A stretch of DNA of 64,000 bases from Tubulanus polymorphus. Taxonomy: Eukaryota > Animalia > Nemertea. Position 1 is the stretch's first letter. Every line of letters starts with the position of its first letter. A program made the translations under genes and the position numbers. The DNA is taken from contig NC_134028.1 in the NCBI RefSeq assembly GCF_964204645.1, positions 11,517,263 through 11,581,262 on the forward strand, written 5' to 3'. Shown here one piece after another: positions 1 to 14,945 of the stretch. Under the pieces are notes generated by a model. The model did no database searches and had not been told where the DNA came from. It worked only from the letters and a program-made list of their open reading frames with translations.

Positions 1-774
1 TTATCTAAATAAGTGCCAGTTTCAAACTGAATGGATAGCTTTCGTCCATCGAAGGATTAAAAAACGGTCGAAATTATTTTTCTATCGAGAAAATTATATA
101 AGGCCGATCCCGGATGTAAAAATTGGCCAGAATACCAGCGTCTACCCATTATTTCAAACCGGAACTTATTCAACTATGAAGCATTGCATCGATTGTGCCC
201 TATGTTGTTTATTATATCACAGACCAGCATTTTGGGATGAAAATATCAATCGGTGAACTAAAACGAGGAAATTCCGATCTATACACGTTAGTCACTGTCA
301 GTTCAAACTTTCAAACATTTTTGACTCGTCCTTTTTTACGTAGGTTGTTGTTAAGCTGATAGATATTTTCATTTCCTAAATATGTACCAAAATACATAGA
401 TAATAAATGTATTTTTTAGAAATACGCATCAATCTTTGTAATATGGAACATATCCGGTTGGTTATGCATGGCTTTCAGTTCTTAATTGATCGGAATTTTT
501 CTTTGAATCTATATTTGGTCGAGATATTTTTGGCTTCAGGATGTTCATATTAGGGCTATTACCGATGCACTGCTCTGCTTTCTTCAATTCCGAGTAAAAT
601 CTAAATAAGTTGCGGTCAGCCACTGAATTTTAAACAGATGCAAGCACGAAAGCTAGATAGACTACGAGGCAAAAAGGAAAGCAATGACATGTTTCTCCTT
701 ACTGCTTAGCTTAAAGGTTAACCAAGCTTAACCCGGCCGGCGGCCTATCTATCCTGTGCATTACTTTTTCTTAA

Positions 775-1573
775 AGGCCGAGGAGCAGTATAAAAGCCCA
801 ATCAATGTCAAAGATGGCAGTACCCATGAAGCAATAGTGCAGTGGAGAGCTCCAACGGTTGAAACTGGAAATCTCCTATTTTCTCTGTCAGTTATCCGAT
901 TTGGACCCTCCTTTTTGTCAGACATATGTATTAATGTGTAATATATTCATTTCTGCAGTCAAAAATATGTTTTAGGCCCTCCTCTACGAGAAATTAAGCT
1001 TTTTAGTTGGTATTTCCTTCAAAATTTGAATCTTTGAATGACATAGAGGGAGGAGTTATCCAGTGAATTAGTGTAGCTCACAGAGCACATTAACAGTAAT
1101 TTGATACCTATAGTCATCAGTATACATAAACAAAACATAGCCTCATTCATAGTACCAAAATTTGGCAACATCAAAACTTTTTCTATGGTCAATGGATCAG
1201 TCTGAAATTTCGTACACTTGTTTAGCTATCTACCATCAATGTTGTGTCCTAATTTCATCGAAATCGGATAAAAATTGATGATTTTCAAAAAATTTGAAAT
1301 GTCTCTAAAATGTTTAATCTTGGCCCTATCTCTACAAAAAAAGATCGCTAGCATCAGATTTTCATTCCCACTATGACTAGATTATATAAAATTAGTTTAG
1401 AACTTGATATGAAAACTTTTATGAATTTGTCAAATTTTACTGTGTGTGACCTGCTTTTCTGTTGTGAGCCAACCTCGCTCACTCTAAACATTTTAAACAA
1501 GATACTGTAAAAGTGGGACGGCCGATCTCAAGTGTTTGCCACCCGGTTAACTAGCATCCATACTCCTCGGCCT
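775..1573. mobile_element. Non-autonomous DNA transposon (MITE), Kolobok-like
   Basis: TIR AGGCCGAGGAG (775-785) / CTCCTCGGCCT (1563-1573), flanked by TTAA on both sides (771-774, 1574-1577). RR-starting TIR with TTAA TSD fits Kolobok. Confidence 0.75.
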
Positions 1574-1629
1574 TTAAATCATATCATTATTTACTATAAC
1601 TGACCCGGCAGCTACAGGAATGAAGTGAT

Positions 1630-1995
1630 AACAAATTCTATTGTGCTTCACAAAATGACCCGGTCGATTAAGAGAAACACGCTAATATTAATGGTTATAC
1701 ATGTTTCAATTTAGAGGTGGTCAATTCCTATCATATATCTGCGCCACGAAAAACTGTTGGATTAACCATTGATTCTATAACAAAATTCGTTTCAAAGTCC
1801 ATGGACAAGTAACACATTCTATTGCGCTTCACAAAATGACCCGACCGATTACGAGAAACAAGTTTTCTTAACCTAATATTAATTGTTATACATGTTTCAA
1901 TTTAAAGGTGGTCAATTCCTATCAGATATCTGCGCCACGAAAAACTGTTGGATAACCCATGGATTCTATAACGAATTCGTTTCAAAGTCCATGGA
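1630..1995. repeat. Diverged tandem duplication, two ~180-190 bp units
   Basis: ttctattgYgcttcacaaaatgacccg...ttcgtttcaaagtccatgga occurs twice, with scattered substitutions and a small indel. Confidence 0.85.
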
Positions 1996-4900
1996 TTAAA
2001 AAAAAATCCTTTCTAAAACTGAGACAAAAATCATTTACATTTAGCTTTTTTAACTTATTTTTAACGTACTAGAATACGTATGGTGGTAAACACAGGTCTT
2101 ATCTAACTGATAAAAGACATTGCAAAAGCACCGGCAGATATTTTCTTGAAAACCCGTAGTTCTCACGGATGTGTTGAATATTTTACATGCATGCACCAAC
2201 TGGTCTTACTTGCGATTAAGGTGTTGATGATCACCTATTTTTGTGTTAAAACATTTCAACCTAAAAATATTATTTGTGTCAGCAGTCGCGTTCCTGTTTC
2301 AATGAACAGTTACTGAGAAAGACATTGAAATGTGATGAAATGGCATTGCTTGTCACTTACCGACCCTATAATCTGAATTTATTTTCCCTTGTTCATATAT
2401 ATTCTTCTTGTTGTCTACCACTGTGAGCACATCGGAAGGGCTGGTTACTCTTCAAGGGTAAAAATGTACTGGATAATAATGTCACTGGCTTTACTACATC
2501 GTTTGAAGCACAGCGATACGTATATACTGATGAGAACTGACTGAGAGAAAACCGTGTCAATTTGGGAAGCACCCACAAGAAAAATCCTCTTAATCTTAGC
2601 TTCCAATTTCTTTTTATGTAATTATAACTTTATTCATATCCTTCTTTCAATAATCAATATCGTTCGATATGCATCATCTCCATCTCCATTATTCACCAAC
2701 AATATATATATATATATACACATGTTTCCAGGAAGCGTAGACGAACAAAGTACACTGGTAACCTTTTAATCAATGACGAGTGAAAAACGCCTCGTATAAT
2801 GAGAAGTTGGTATATTTCACAACTTGAAATATTAAAATGGTGTCGTTCCATTTTGTTTTTCAGTCTTTTCTGCGGATTTGAAACGTAAAGCACCAAGACA
2901 CGATTAAACGAGACGTTTGTAGTCAATTACAATTTGATCCATAATTATTCAGATTCATTTGCATTAGTGAGTTGACCTTTCTCTACCGGGTGATATTCAA
3001 GGTGAATTGTAACTGTTAGAGTCACTCAAGAATTTGACCAGATGGTACGAACCTCTATGACACCCACGACAGGTATCAATCAATCGCACTACTGCCAACC
3101 GTTTCGAGTTGGCTTGTCACGGGACAGCTCAACATTTCTCGGAAACTTGGCTATTATATCATTTGAACACCGTATCTGCGCGCAGAACGATCTTCTATTT
3201 CATAACAAGTAAAACGCACGCACGGAACTCTCATTTGTGAGTTGTATTGTCGTTCCTCATAAATGGGGTGGGTGTCAGTAAGTACGCACGCGCGCACGCA
3301 CGCACTCGAGTTGAGTAATTTCGAGGTAACTCGCGGATGTGGTCAAGAAAAATTCTGGTTCATTCGGTAAGAATTTCGTCGCCGGCAATGGCATTGTGAA
3401 GGACGGCATCTCGCTACTCGTTTTCACGCGCACTGATTGACAGGGATTGGTTGAGAGTCGGTATTTCAAATGACATCAAAGAAATGGCCGATTTCTAGTT
3501 CCCGATTTTACCACATTTTACTGAGAATTTGTATGGTCTTACTGTCCATATAAATCGGATGGTATCGAAATAACTTTGTTTAGTCGGGTTTCAAACCTTT
3601 AAGTCATTGGATCGATCAGTGCCGATGACTGTCGATGAATTGAACTTTCGGAGATGTGTGCAAGGATATCTATTCTTTCTCGGCGTGCATCGATTTGAAT
3701 TAGGTCTTGACAATTTGGAGGTAAGTAAACGAACGAAAATTATTCTGATTGAAATAATCGATTGAACTTTCATATATTTTTAATTGTGCCATCTGCTTCC
3801 TGATGTTACATATGGTTTTTCATATCTAGTTTACAATTCTACTTACGATGTTTAGATAATTTTGTTAAATACGAGCTTTCTGATTCAGCGAAAGGATGCC
3901 ATGCTCAAGCGAGAGGCTAACTATGAGTTTTCCATTCACATTTCTCCTCATATTCCGAAAAGCACAAACTTGGATTTGACCTTAAAGGTACCCGGTTCTT
4001 TGGGATTATTTGTTCGAATAAGAAATACCAGTTTTGGTAGAAGAATTTTAACCAGTTTCATTCATTAGACAAATACTTTGCGCGCTGGATTATCATTAGG
4101 CTGGTATTTTGCCTCAAAAGCCGGCATCATTAGGATTTCTAAGGACATTCTGTGAGATATAGACTGACAATGCCCTTTGAAATCCTAACTGTGTCTGTCA
4201 CAATCAACGGAGATCGATCAGAGGCGAGCCAAGGCTCTAGTAAACGTCGGATAAACTGAATTCTTATGAGCCGGGGTGAGCAGGAATCACACCTCGAGTA
4301 AGTATTCCAGGTACGTTAGTATACGACCACACCGCAACATATACAGGAGGGGTCCTTAGTCATTGCAGACGATTAATAATTTGGAGTGACTCAGTGACCG
4401 CAACCACAAATTCACGTTAATCTTTACATTCATTACCGAACAAAAGAGATATATACGAGAGCCAATCCCTTCAGTAGTACCGGGTTTTGAAAGAATGGGG
4501 GGAGTCATAGGTAAATACAAAAATGAATTTACCTATGGCTCCCGGATTCCTGGATTCGAGGAGTCAAGGCAAATATGACCCCAAATTCAATCGTAATGCT
4601 ATTTGGCAATAGAACACTTACGGGAGAAAAGATAATATCATGAAGGAAAATCTAAATTGTAAGCTTATTTAGTCTCAAATTAAACATGCAAAATGCATTG
4701 AAAGCCTAATTCTCGTACCTGATATAGTTCTCATTCTTGCAAAAAGGCAATCGCGCGCGCACGGTCTCCATAAACTATGCGAGACAAAGCGATTAGGGAA
4801 GAAAAAGTGACAATTTCAAAAAAAGCAAGCTTTTCCTAGAATGCACTACAATCAAGTGATTTGTCGGCGGCATTTTATTGAGTACAAACTCGATGCTGAA

Positions 4901-7900
4901 CCCGTATTTTTTCCGATGGACCATAAAATTCATCTGAATGCATTAAATATGTATTCATTATTTACCTTGAATCATCGTATTATTTTGCTATGAAAGTCCA
5001 CTTCTATTGTTTTCTAAAATGATTTATCATAAATTAATGAGTCCCAAGCGGCTAACCTTTCATTTTGAAAAAAAAACAAATCAAGTTGAAATGGTTTAGA
5101 GGGCATGTGCCAATGTTATCTAAGTGAGTTAAAAATCCGTTTTATCAGGATAAGGGACTTCTGGTACGTTCCGTGCCAGTCGGTCACCCAGGGAGGGCAT
5201 GCGAGTGTGTTACGTAATTTATCGCGCTGTTCCAGGAAAGCGCTCGCGTTACGATCGAGCGATCTAGTGTAATGCCTCCTCAGAGCCATGTAATAGATAG
5301 TTCATGAAGATCGATTTTTACTTCTATTTATAAAATAATTGGCCTACGTTCCTGGAAATAATCGACCCATTTTTGCGCTTTGTTGATTTATCAGTTCGTT
5401 TCAGAGTGCTTTTAACTTGATATTTGTACACTCGGTGCTGAATAGGTATACTTGCAGAATGATTGTCCTTTTATTTGCTCTTCTAGTGGGAGTTAAGGGG
5501 GCAGTTTCACAGAACGAATTAAATTTCCATTTGTCACAATACACAATACTAATGAAACTTTAAGCTTCTCGTGAAATGGCCCCCCAAAACATCACAACTC
5601 AGTCTAAGTTCCTGTCAATGTTCACGACTTAGCACACAGCCGAAAACTGTGCGCAACGATAAAAATAATCGGATAAACTGGAGTCAAACGAAGATTAAAT
5701 GTTATCATTACCATATAGAGATTTACGGAGTAGGGGTAGAAGAAATGAGATCCCCACTATGGATCCAAGATAAATTATGGTCCATAGCGGTGGTTTTACT
5801 AGCAGCAACTACCCCTACCAGGCAATACTAGAAATATGTCAACAACTCTTTTCGAACACTGTTGGGCGTCTCCACGCAAGAAAATCCCATAGCAGCTCGA
5901 CTAACTTTAAAAACACTCCAGCGAGAATAAATAATGCGATGTACTGGCGAAACCGTGAAAACAAACGGGTGGTTTTAGTCCGTGGCAGTAGGGGCCCTAA
6001 TTTCCCGTGCAAGTGGGAACCCCGTGGGAGCTTGGGGACTGGGTAATCCACACTTCTTAATTCTCGGGAAAAAAGTTCTAGGTTAAAAACCTTCAATTTT
6101 TGGATTGACAAGATGAATACCGGCTAATGAGATGTAGTTTTCATTGTCTCGTCACACTTTACACGAGTTTTTTCCGTAATGCCACACCGATAAAAAAATC
6201 ATGTTTCTCGGGCGGGGCAATCACCAAAATAGGTAGGGAATTTTTTTTTCTTTTAGTAGAAAAACAATTTTGGGTTTACTTTTGAAAATTGGGTAGGTCG
6301 CCGTAAATAATTTTTTCTGGGCCAACATTTTAGTCAGGAATATGATTAACAGCTATAGTAGACCACGATACTAAAAGGAAATTGAGGTGTTTGTACAATT
6401 ACCTATAAACAAACTATATTTTGAACATACTTCAAGGAATTCCTGGAATTTAACAATCCAAGGTCCCCACCATGTCCGATTAGCAAAGGTGTTTGGGCAT
6501 GGCTGCACCATTTCCAGAATCAAATTGTTAAATCCGATGTAATTGAATATTTTTTTATGATGATCTCAGTGCCGACATCACGATTTGATTGAAAAGAAAA
6601 AATATTTACAAGACATTTACAAGAATGTAGAGATTGGTAGTCGGTCGGGCGCATATATATTTTTGAAAAAAGTAATTTCACCCATTCTTTCTGTTTGAAA
6701 TATTTTTCTAAAATCAGTCGGGGAGAGGCTGGTACAGCAGTGTTTCCAAGAGCCATGATCCAACAGCTTCCGTTGCAACGGTGGAGAGAGATTGGCGGTT
6801 GATTAATCACCAAAGCAAGCTTCTCCTGTGACAAGACCCACATTTTTTCTGCGGGCACATGACTCTGGGTGATCACGAAGCAACGGACATCATGAGTAAT
6901 ACGTGATACATGTATACACAAATTCTACAATGCTCCATCAAAATCTAACAAAAATGGGCCTAAAAAGCACTTGGCTTCCTCGGGTACTTCCACTAGTTCA
7001 AAAATATCAAAACAGACCGACTTAAGTTCTGATGACCAACATTGAGAAAGTTCTATCGCTCTTTAGGCCATTCAAAATTGATACCATGTTTCTCATCACA
7101 CTGGTTTCTCAAAGTGACGAGGGAGGCAGTTTATTTTTACCATTACAAAAAGAAATTAAGAGAAGATTGAAGAAGAGCCTGGAGGAGTCAGCTTTTGTTT
7201 TCATCTAGATGAAAAATGCAGTTACGATTGCACGTGGTAGCCACATTTTTACCTTTGGATTTTCGTTATCACGATTAGGAGAATCACCGCATGCCAGAGC
7301 AACCTGCACCTTTTACAGTTTCGAAACCCGATCTACGCGAACCTCGATCACCTGATTCATTGCCGAAGATGATACGAACACAGATTTATTGATGCGGGCG
7401 GGAATATTCAATTTTTAGAATAAAAAATAACATAAATCATTACACTAGACGCGGGAGCGCTCAGTTCATTTTTACCGGATTTTCGTCACTGATTTTTCCG
7501 ACGAAAGCGATGATGAGAAATACGGTTTCATAGGGCAAATATATTTGTTTAAAGTAATTTCACAACTATCTATCTTAAGAGCCTGAAAGAAAGTGAGCGT
7601 TTTATTTTCAAACATCTTAATTCAAAATCTTTAATTGCCACGGTATATGTTGCCGATGAACCGTGCTCTTTGTGTGTCTTTCGGCCTCATATGGGTAGAT
7701 CCTGGCGCATGCACCAATAGCCTCAATAGCCGATCGTCTGCGACGGCCCTTTGTTTGAATCGAGGTGATTCCAAGAAATCCCCTCCCCTCCCTCGATAGG
7801 CCGAGCTGCTCATGAAATTCATCTGTCGCTTCCAGTCCACTGACTAACTAAATCAATCTACCTTCAGATTAATTTGTACTGCTACAGCCGAAGTCCGTTA

Positions 7901-8026
7901 TGACGCCATCATTTTCGATAATGGGCTTACTTACCGCTTATTTTTGAGAGAACAATATTCTTCATATCTTCGTTAAAACACCATGTTGCTCATCTGTTCC
8001 AAAAACGGTATAAAAAGGAAAGTATA

Positions 8027-8144
8027 CAGTCGAGCTCCACTTCAAGGACCTCGGATATAACGATTTATCGGTTATTGAAAACCTGGCAATTCGCAGGACA
8101 ATATTTTCTGGTCCTCTGACTTTCGTTATAAGGAGGTTCCACTG
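8027..8144. mobile_element. pogo/Tigger-like MITE (degenerate)
   Basis: TA|CAGTCGAGCTCC ... GAGGTTCCACTG|TA; shares internal sequence with the copies at 10359 and 12211. Confidence 0.65.
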
Positions 8145-10358
8145 TAAAATTCACTTTTCACAACGGATATAAGGGTCACCTCTGCTCACCTGTCTCAATA
8201 TTGAAAATGCACATAGTCGGTTAGCATCATTTCCTGGAAATTAACTGACCACACATAACGGATCCATTGGCACTGCCATCTGCTTCTTTCATTCCATTTT
8301 CTATTAACTTTTTGAGGCTTACAGGAGAATCATGAAAACCCATAGCCCTGAAAGATTATTTACCCCAGGTTAATAATATTAATTTACTTTCGTCTTGATA
8401 CCGGCAGACCTCTAGCTTTTCAGTTCGGATAAATTTGGATTGTGATTAATTTTTGAAAGCACGCAAATATGAATTTCTTTCTGCTTGGCCTAAATCGATG
8501 TTTATCAAAATGCATCTCGCCTCCACAGACAAATCCCCCTCTTGAAAAAATATCTTAATTCCGAGAATTTCACCCCCAGAACACCAAAGCCGGACAAAGA
8601 AAGTCGAAATAATCTAAGTTCAGGCGAACCACCTTCAGCATGATCGAAGTCCGACTGGAAATATGTTCCGTCTATCTTTTTCGTGGTAAGTCGATTCCCA
8701 GTTATTTTTCATCGGACGGAAATGCATTGCTTATGAAACTATCGCATGTTGCATTTATCAATCTATTAACTATTTATTAGATACTAAGTAATCTTTAATC
8801 ATCGCGTTATCAAATTTGTTTTCAATATCATACATTACAATTAGGCAAATATCGCATTATTATCTGACGATAATAGATCTAATATTATTCAAACTTTAAA
8901 TAACCAGGTCAAAGCTAATCGGACACTGATTTATAATAATATATATAGCATCAATTTATAAGTGGTTTTTATAATTATTCTTGGACACAGACAATATATG
9001 CTCTGCTCGCGTATCTTTTAATGTAAACTGTTAAATATCATTTTTCAAGAGGCTAGTTTGCAAGAAATAAATCGCTCCTAATTTGCATGGTTTTCTCCTG
9101 AACGAGATTCTTGGTTGTTGGGTGTTACGCCATTTTCTAGCCCCCCTCGTGGGCGACAAAGAACTTACTATACAGAATTATGCAAATGCCCACTATGTTT
9201 CAATCAATCGTAAGAATTGTCCAGAAGAGGTATTAGAATCATTTTCTAAATTTCGGAGAGCATAATCACCTTGTACATTAATGGTGGTAAAATTTAATTC
9301 CTTCAGAGATTTTCCCTCAAAGTGCCAACTAACATGCGAAAATAAAAGTGAGTCTTTGCGGTAGTTCAGAAATCCTTCCAAAATCCTAGTCACCTAGTCC
9401 ACAATTTGTGAAAATCGTGATTATTTCAATGGACAAATATTAACTTGTCTTGTTTTCGATATTTATTCAATTTCATTTGCGGAATAAAAATACGATAAAA
9501 TACGACGATAAATATGTGTATTTTGCACATTAAAAATCCCTTTGAAACGGCGGTTTCATATTTCATCGGGCGATTCGTTTTATTCAAAACAGTTGCTTCA
9601 ATCAATACGCATAAATATGACGTCATTTTAACCTTATATTATGCACGTATATCAGTCAGCGCAACCAGACTGTGAATTTTTATTTGATGGCCGATGGCTG
9701 AACCAAGAACACATAAATAGATCTTGTGGTTAGGCAAAACCTTCTCAATTATCCGCTTCACATCGTACATCGCAAATTACATTATACGATGGAAAGTAAG
9801 ATATCGGATGAATTATTCTGAACTCCACAAAAGAATTTCTGATATTTTCAAAATGTCCAAACTGTAACTAGCACTATTTGACAAAAAATTGATAACTAGT
9901 GCTGTGTTGAAAGTCCAGATTTGAGCCACCGCATTACTAATCTAAAATGATTACATTCGCAACTAGAAACATTGGTAAACCCTGATCTTTCCAACTAAAC
10001 CCATGCTCCCAATTAAGATTTTAGCTAACTGGGCCAGTCAATCTATGCCAGAAAAAACATTTTGTGTCCTATATTTGATTCAAATACGAATTCTATAGGC
10101 GGTAATGCAAAATGGGATTAGTCGTGCTAATGTGAACATGTCGTTGGATTCGCAAGAATGCATAATTTAACATAATCAGAGCTGCATCCAGGTCAGCGAA
10201 ACACAAATGGAAGATTTCGAACCCCTGTCACTTAAAACATGATTTTTTTCGTAGCGGTTACAACGGTGGAATTCATTGTGATCAATTTCTCCTACATTCA
10301 TGATTAATTATGTGTACATACACATTTGGAATTTCGGGAATTCATGGCAATATACATA

Positions 10359-10528
10359 CAGTGGAACCTCGTTACAGCGAACTTCACGGGACCAGAAAAT
10401 AATGTTCGTTATGACCGATAATTCGTTATATGCAGTATGAAATTAATCAAATTTTCTTACTTTGGACGACTCTATATTTGTTACATTCGAATCGTGTTAT
10501 CCGAGTTTGTTGTAAAGAGGTTCCACTC
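10359..10528. mobile_element. pogo/Tigger-like MITE
   Basis: TA|CAGTGGAACCTCGTTACA ... TGTAAAGAGGTTCCACTC|TA; TIRs with TA TSD. Confidence 0.8.
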
Positions 10529-12210
10529 TACTATCCGCTTCTGCAAATCCACATTTCTTTTATCAGATGACTAAGTTTCTTCATGTTTTACAATTCTGTC
10601 TGAAGCTAATGAGAGCACTCGGCCGAGATACAAAGTACGCCATTTTCGCCAAGTTTTGATTGTTTAATTGAAGAGAAAAAATCTCAAATCGAAAACCATC
10701 ATCCTCATATAAACCATATCAAACCTTCACCGATGGGAATATTTACGCGTCACGTTATGCAGGGAAAATATCCAAAAGAATTCCGTAACAAATCTCTATC
10801 GTTTTAAAGTTCCGACCATTTCTAGCGGAAAAAACGATACTCCATTGTCCACCTATGAACGTATTAACGTGTGGAATCAGACCCACTCACATTCAAATCG
10901 AAAGTACTTCACAATAAACGACTCCGTATAGGTTTCCTCCTTAAATCCCATAGGTTCGACCAAAACTTCCAAAATTTCTCGACCTAACTAAACCTACTGT
11001 GGAGACGTTTCGATACCAAACATTTTCTTCCCACTTGTAGGCACCCAGCCATCAGCTAATATCCATACCCTCATCACCGAATTCGAAAATTATCAAACTG
11101 TTTGAAAATCTCACAATCTTACGAAAGTGCAAATTTGTATCGCTTTCTTTACTGTCGATCAAAATTAAATTGTAATTGAAAATACTGCTAATATATTGAA
11201 AACAATTTGAAATTTTCAGTGTGATTTAACATGCCATACACAATTTTTTTACTTCAATTGATTTCATGTATCATTCTTTTGTTGTTTTTTCTTTTAGTTT
11301 ATCTATCGTTCATGTATCGCTATTGTTTATTATCACCATTCATTTTCACTGCTTTGTAATAATTTTTCTTTTTACCATACCGTTATAATAAGTGTTACTA
11401 TATACATGCACCAGCTCTGTTCTCCGTGTGTAATATTATTTTAGCTATATTACTAATTACTAGACTATTGTAATCATTGCTATAAATATGTTAGTCGAAT
11501 CCTTCGACTTAGATAAAGTCAGACTTCGAATAATTCGGAATTCCAGCCGTTTTCCAAAAAACGACTAGAGAATTAATTTTTGTAAACGGAAAATTTATAT
11601 CAACCATCTTCAAAAATGGTTTTAAAATGCAGAATATTTCGTTTTTTTCTATTCTTATGCACTAACCACAACCACAACTGTTGACATCATCGATTTCAAG
11701 TCAGTAACAGGTAAGAAATCAAACTTCAATGGGGGAAAACAGCCCTCTGACTTTCTGTGAGTAATGAACGTTAAACGATTTTTTATTTCGGGACCATTAT
11801 AAGTATTACGAGACAGAAAATTTTCTGACTGATGAAATCGACTTTGAAATACATGTATAAATTTCAATGAAAAAACGGGACTCAATATTCATCCGTTATA
11901 AGCGATTATCAGACATTCGCCGATACGTAGGACAGACGTAGTACACGTTACCTTGCATCGCTGTAGTGCAGATCAGGAACAACAGTCTCCCCCGGTAAAG
12001 ATGAAAGTCTATGTCAGTTAAGGTCCGGGGTTATAATAATCTTATGGTAAACCCACCCTTGAACAGTGGCCTCAGTTATGAGACACAAGACTACCGAAAC
12101 CCAATAACAGATAAAACAACCAAAAATAAAAGCACACAAACATAAGCCTGGGTCCAGGGTAATTACTACTTGGAATAATGAAACATGTGGCCTGAGGGCA
12201 ATGTGAGGTA

Positions 12211-12376
12211 CATTTAAACCTCGTTACAAAGAACTTCAGCGGACCAGAAAATATGTTCTTTTCATAATCGATAGTTCGAAAGTTATATCCAGTACGAAAT
12301 TATCAAAATAATTCTATTTGGGACGAGATTCTAGGTTTGTAATAACCGATAAATCGTTATATCCGAGGTCCCGCTG
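12211..12376. mobile_element. pogo/Tigger-like MITE (degenerate)
   Basis: aacctcgttacaaagaacttcagcggaccagaaaata matches the 10359 copy; right end ...ccgaggtcccgctg. Confidence 0.65.
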
Positions 12377-13533
12377 AACTCTCTGAAACAATTGTCCCGT
12401 GCAAAAGATTTATAGGGAAACCTGTTAACCAACAAACTTCGAAAAAAGTGATTAGAAGAAATACAAACTCTTTTCAATCGTTCATTCATAAATGAATAAG
12501 TAAGTTTATTATTACAAAATCATACTATGGCTTAATACATGAATAACCATCACCTTGGAAACACTTGGATGTGACAACCATTTTGCCATGGCTCATTGAA
12601 AAGATATCGTTTATCAATTAACTAATATATTTATCGCTTTCCTGTTATTTTCGAAAACAATAAGCACTAAAATCGACATCCTTTTGTCAAAAAAGTATTA
12701 TTATGAAGTAGAACTCAACACACAGCGTGGATGAGATTCATGAGGTTAATTCAAATGCTTTTTAATTGTAAAGCAAAAAGACTTATCATTACGATATAGA
12801 AGCCCAGATAATGTGAAAGTTATACGTTTGTTTATATGAGCTTATGCGTGTATATCTATGCGTTTATTTGGGTATTATAGAAGAGCCAGGCATTTTAGTA
12901 AGTACGATGTTAACAGTCGAACCTTTAGGATTAATTGAACGTTCTCTTTTTGTTGAAATAGTACAATAAATGCAGGGTGAGAATATGAATTGAAATGTCG
13001 AAGTCACCATTCACGGACTAGTACCAAAGATATCAAACGCCATAGCATTGGATCTAAGGTTTAAAATATAGACTTTCGTATGCAATATTTATGTACCATA
13101 TTCACAATTATGCAGAAGGTTTCAACTAAGTTCAAGTAAATTTTCTAAATTTCAGAGCGACACTGTGGTTCTGTTATCACCATCACGTTATCCGAGTAAC
13201 TGTCAGGTCCCATGATATCTGGCGCCAGGTATCGGATATGATAACGGTGTCATCACCAAGATGGCTCCTCAAATACTTTATCTTTACCATCATTATTTGT
13301 TGGTTCTGAAATGAAATAAATCGTGAAACAGTTTTGGCAGTTTATTCACACGCACACACACACACACGAAACGAATCTGCATTTCCAAAACAATTTGTTT
13401 ATTCTTCGTAAATAGTGTGAGTATGAAGAGTTGACGACAGAATATAAAAAATGTGGGTTTTATACTTATTTTTTGTTCTCCACGTCGGGAGTGTGGCTAT
13501 TCTACCATTTCAAGTTAGTTTGCAATGGTTTTT

Positions 13534-14945
13534 TTTTAATCTTTAAATAGGGATTGACCCTGTTATTTATTTAGTTGGTAATTTTCGTTTGACTTTTTCT
13601 GATCGAGTGCTGATCGATCCTCTACGGACCCATTACACCTGTCGGGAGCGAAACAGGGGGTATAATTTTAAAATCGGAAATCGAGGTACGGATATAGTTG
13701 TGTGATCGGTGGTCGAATTTACAAAATTTGTTTGTTTACATCGAAGTACATAAATGGGAAATTCGGTTCCGGTTCATTCAAACTTTCAACCAGTCTGAAC
13801 CGGCAAGCGACTGATTGGGGAGTTAGTAATGGAGACCAAGGCGGATATACATACTATCATCAGACGGTATTACGAACACTTTCTCAATGAACCTCTTATG
13901 AATTCAGGTCAAATATAATCAGTTCAGCTATATTGAACCCACCCACTACGAATCGCGTTTCGTCGGCCAATCGCGTGCTTATAGAATCATTCATACATAA
14001 ATACAATATGCCATTTCATTCGATCTGTGTTCCACGATGCCTGTGTTACTAACACATTGTTCATTCATAAAAACAGTTACCCCAGTTAACTACGCTCGCT
14101 CCGCCTACGGTTGTGAATTACCATTAGAATTGGTTTCCAGGAATACGTGGCGTGTGAAACGAGTCATCCTTTTGTCGAACTAGAGTGAATGGTATATCTG
14201 AATGGCAAGCAATGGAACCACTTAAACAGGCGGGATTCTGCAGACATTACTATCACTACAACTAGCATAACAGACATTTCATTCATAGCACCACGTTAGA
14301 TCATGTTGGTCTGTGTACTACGTTGCCGCTAAATGCACGACAGCTGTCATGTACTATAAATTGCATTATATGCCTCTGCCAAGATAACACATATGTACAA
14401 AGTATTTACTTATGGTACTGTGGCGTAAATTCCTAATCTACACCTACTCAGGTTGGCGGTCACAATGTCAACATCATGCTTACTGAACTTTAAAGAACGG
14501 ACGATTGCACACCTGGCGGTGATAACGGAAAAGAAGATTTGAGACTTAGCGCTCACATGACGCTAAAAGTTCCGTATTTCTCGGTTCGGAATTTCATTCC
14601 TGTAATAAGCAGATATCTAATGAGCCTTGAATATTTCCGGAATTATAGTAGAAAAGCCACACTCAGCGAATAATAAATAAAAAATCCACTGCGTACAAAT
14701 CAGCTAAAATGTTTGATTATTTTTCCCAAATTATGTACTTCGATTTAAACAAAAAATTCTGTAATTTTGACCGCCGATCACACAACAATACCTGTACTTT
14801 CATTTCAGATTTCAAAATCAAACCCCCTGTTTCGCTCCCAGCAGGAGTGGTGGGTAATTTGTAAGGGACACCATAGATAAAAAAAAAATCAAACGAAATC
14901 TACCTATCAAATGAATAACAGGGCCAATCCATTCTAAGATCAAAA
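13534..14945. mobile_element. Non-autonomous element with ~230-bp diverged TIRs (family unresolved)
   Basis: 13534-13765 is the reverse complement of ~14720-14945, e.g. gggagcgaaacagggggt / accccctgtttcgctccc and tcgaagtacataa / ttatgtacttcga. Termini and TSD are not clear. Confidence 0.7.

Noticed and set aside
4500-4543. 17-bp stem hairpin gggagtcataggtaaat / atttacctatggctccc
   Set aside because: Isolated; no TSD, second copy or context to assign a function.
7029-7055. CTGATGA...GAAA hammerhead-like string
   Set aside because: No canonical stem II closing pair and no stem I.
5571-7300. Coding-looking ORFs (5571, 5777, 5839, 6520)
   Set aside because: No recognisable motif, stops on extension and no consistent splice frame.
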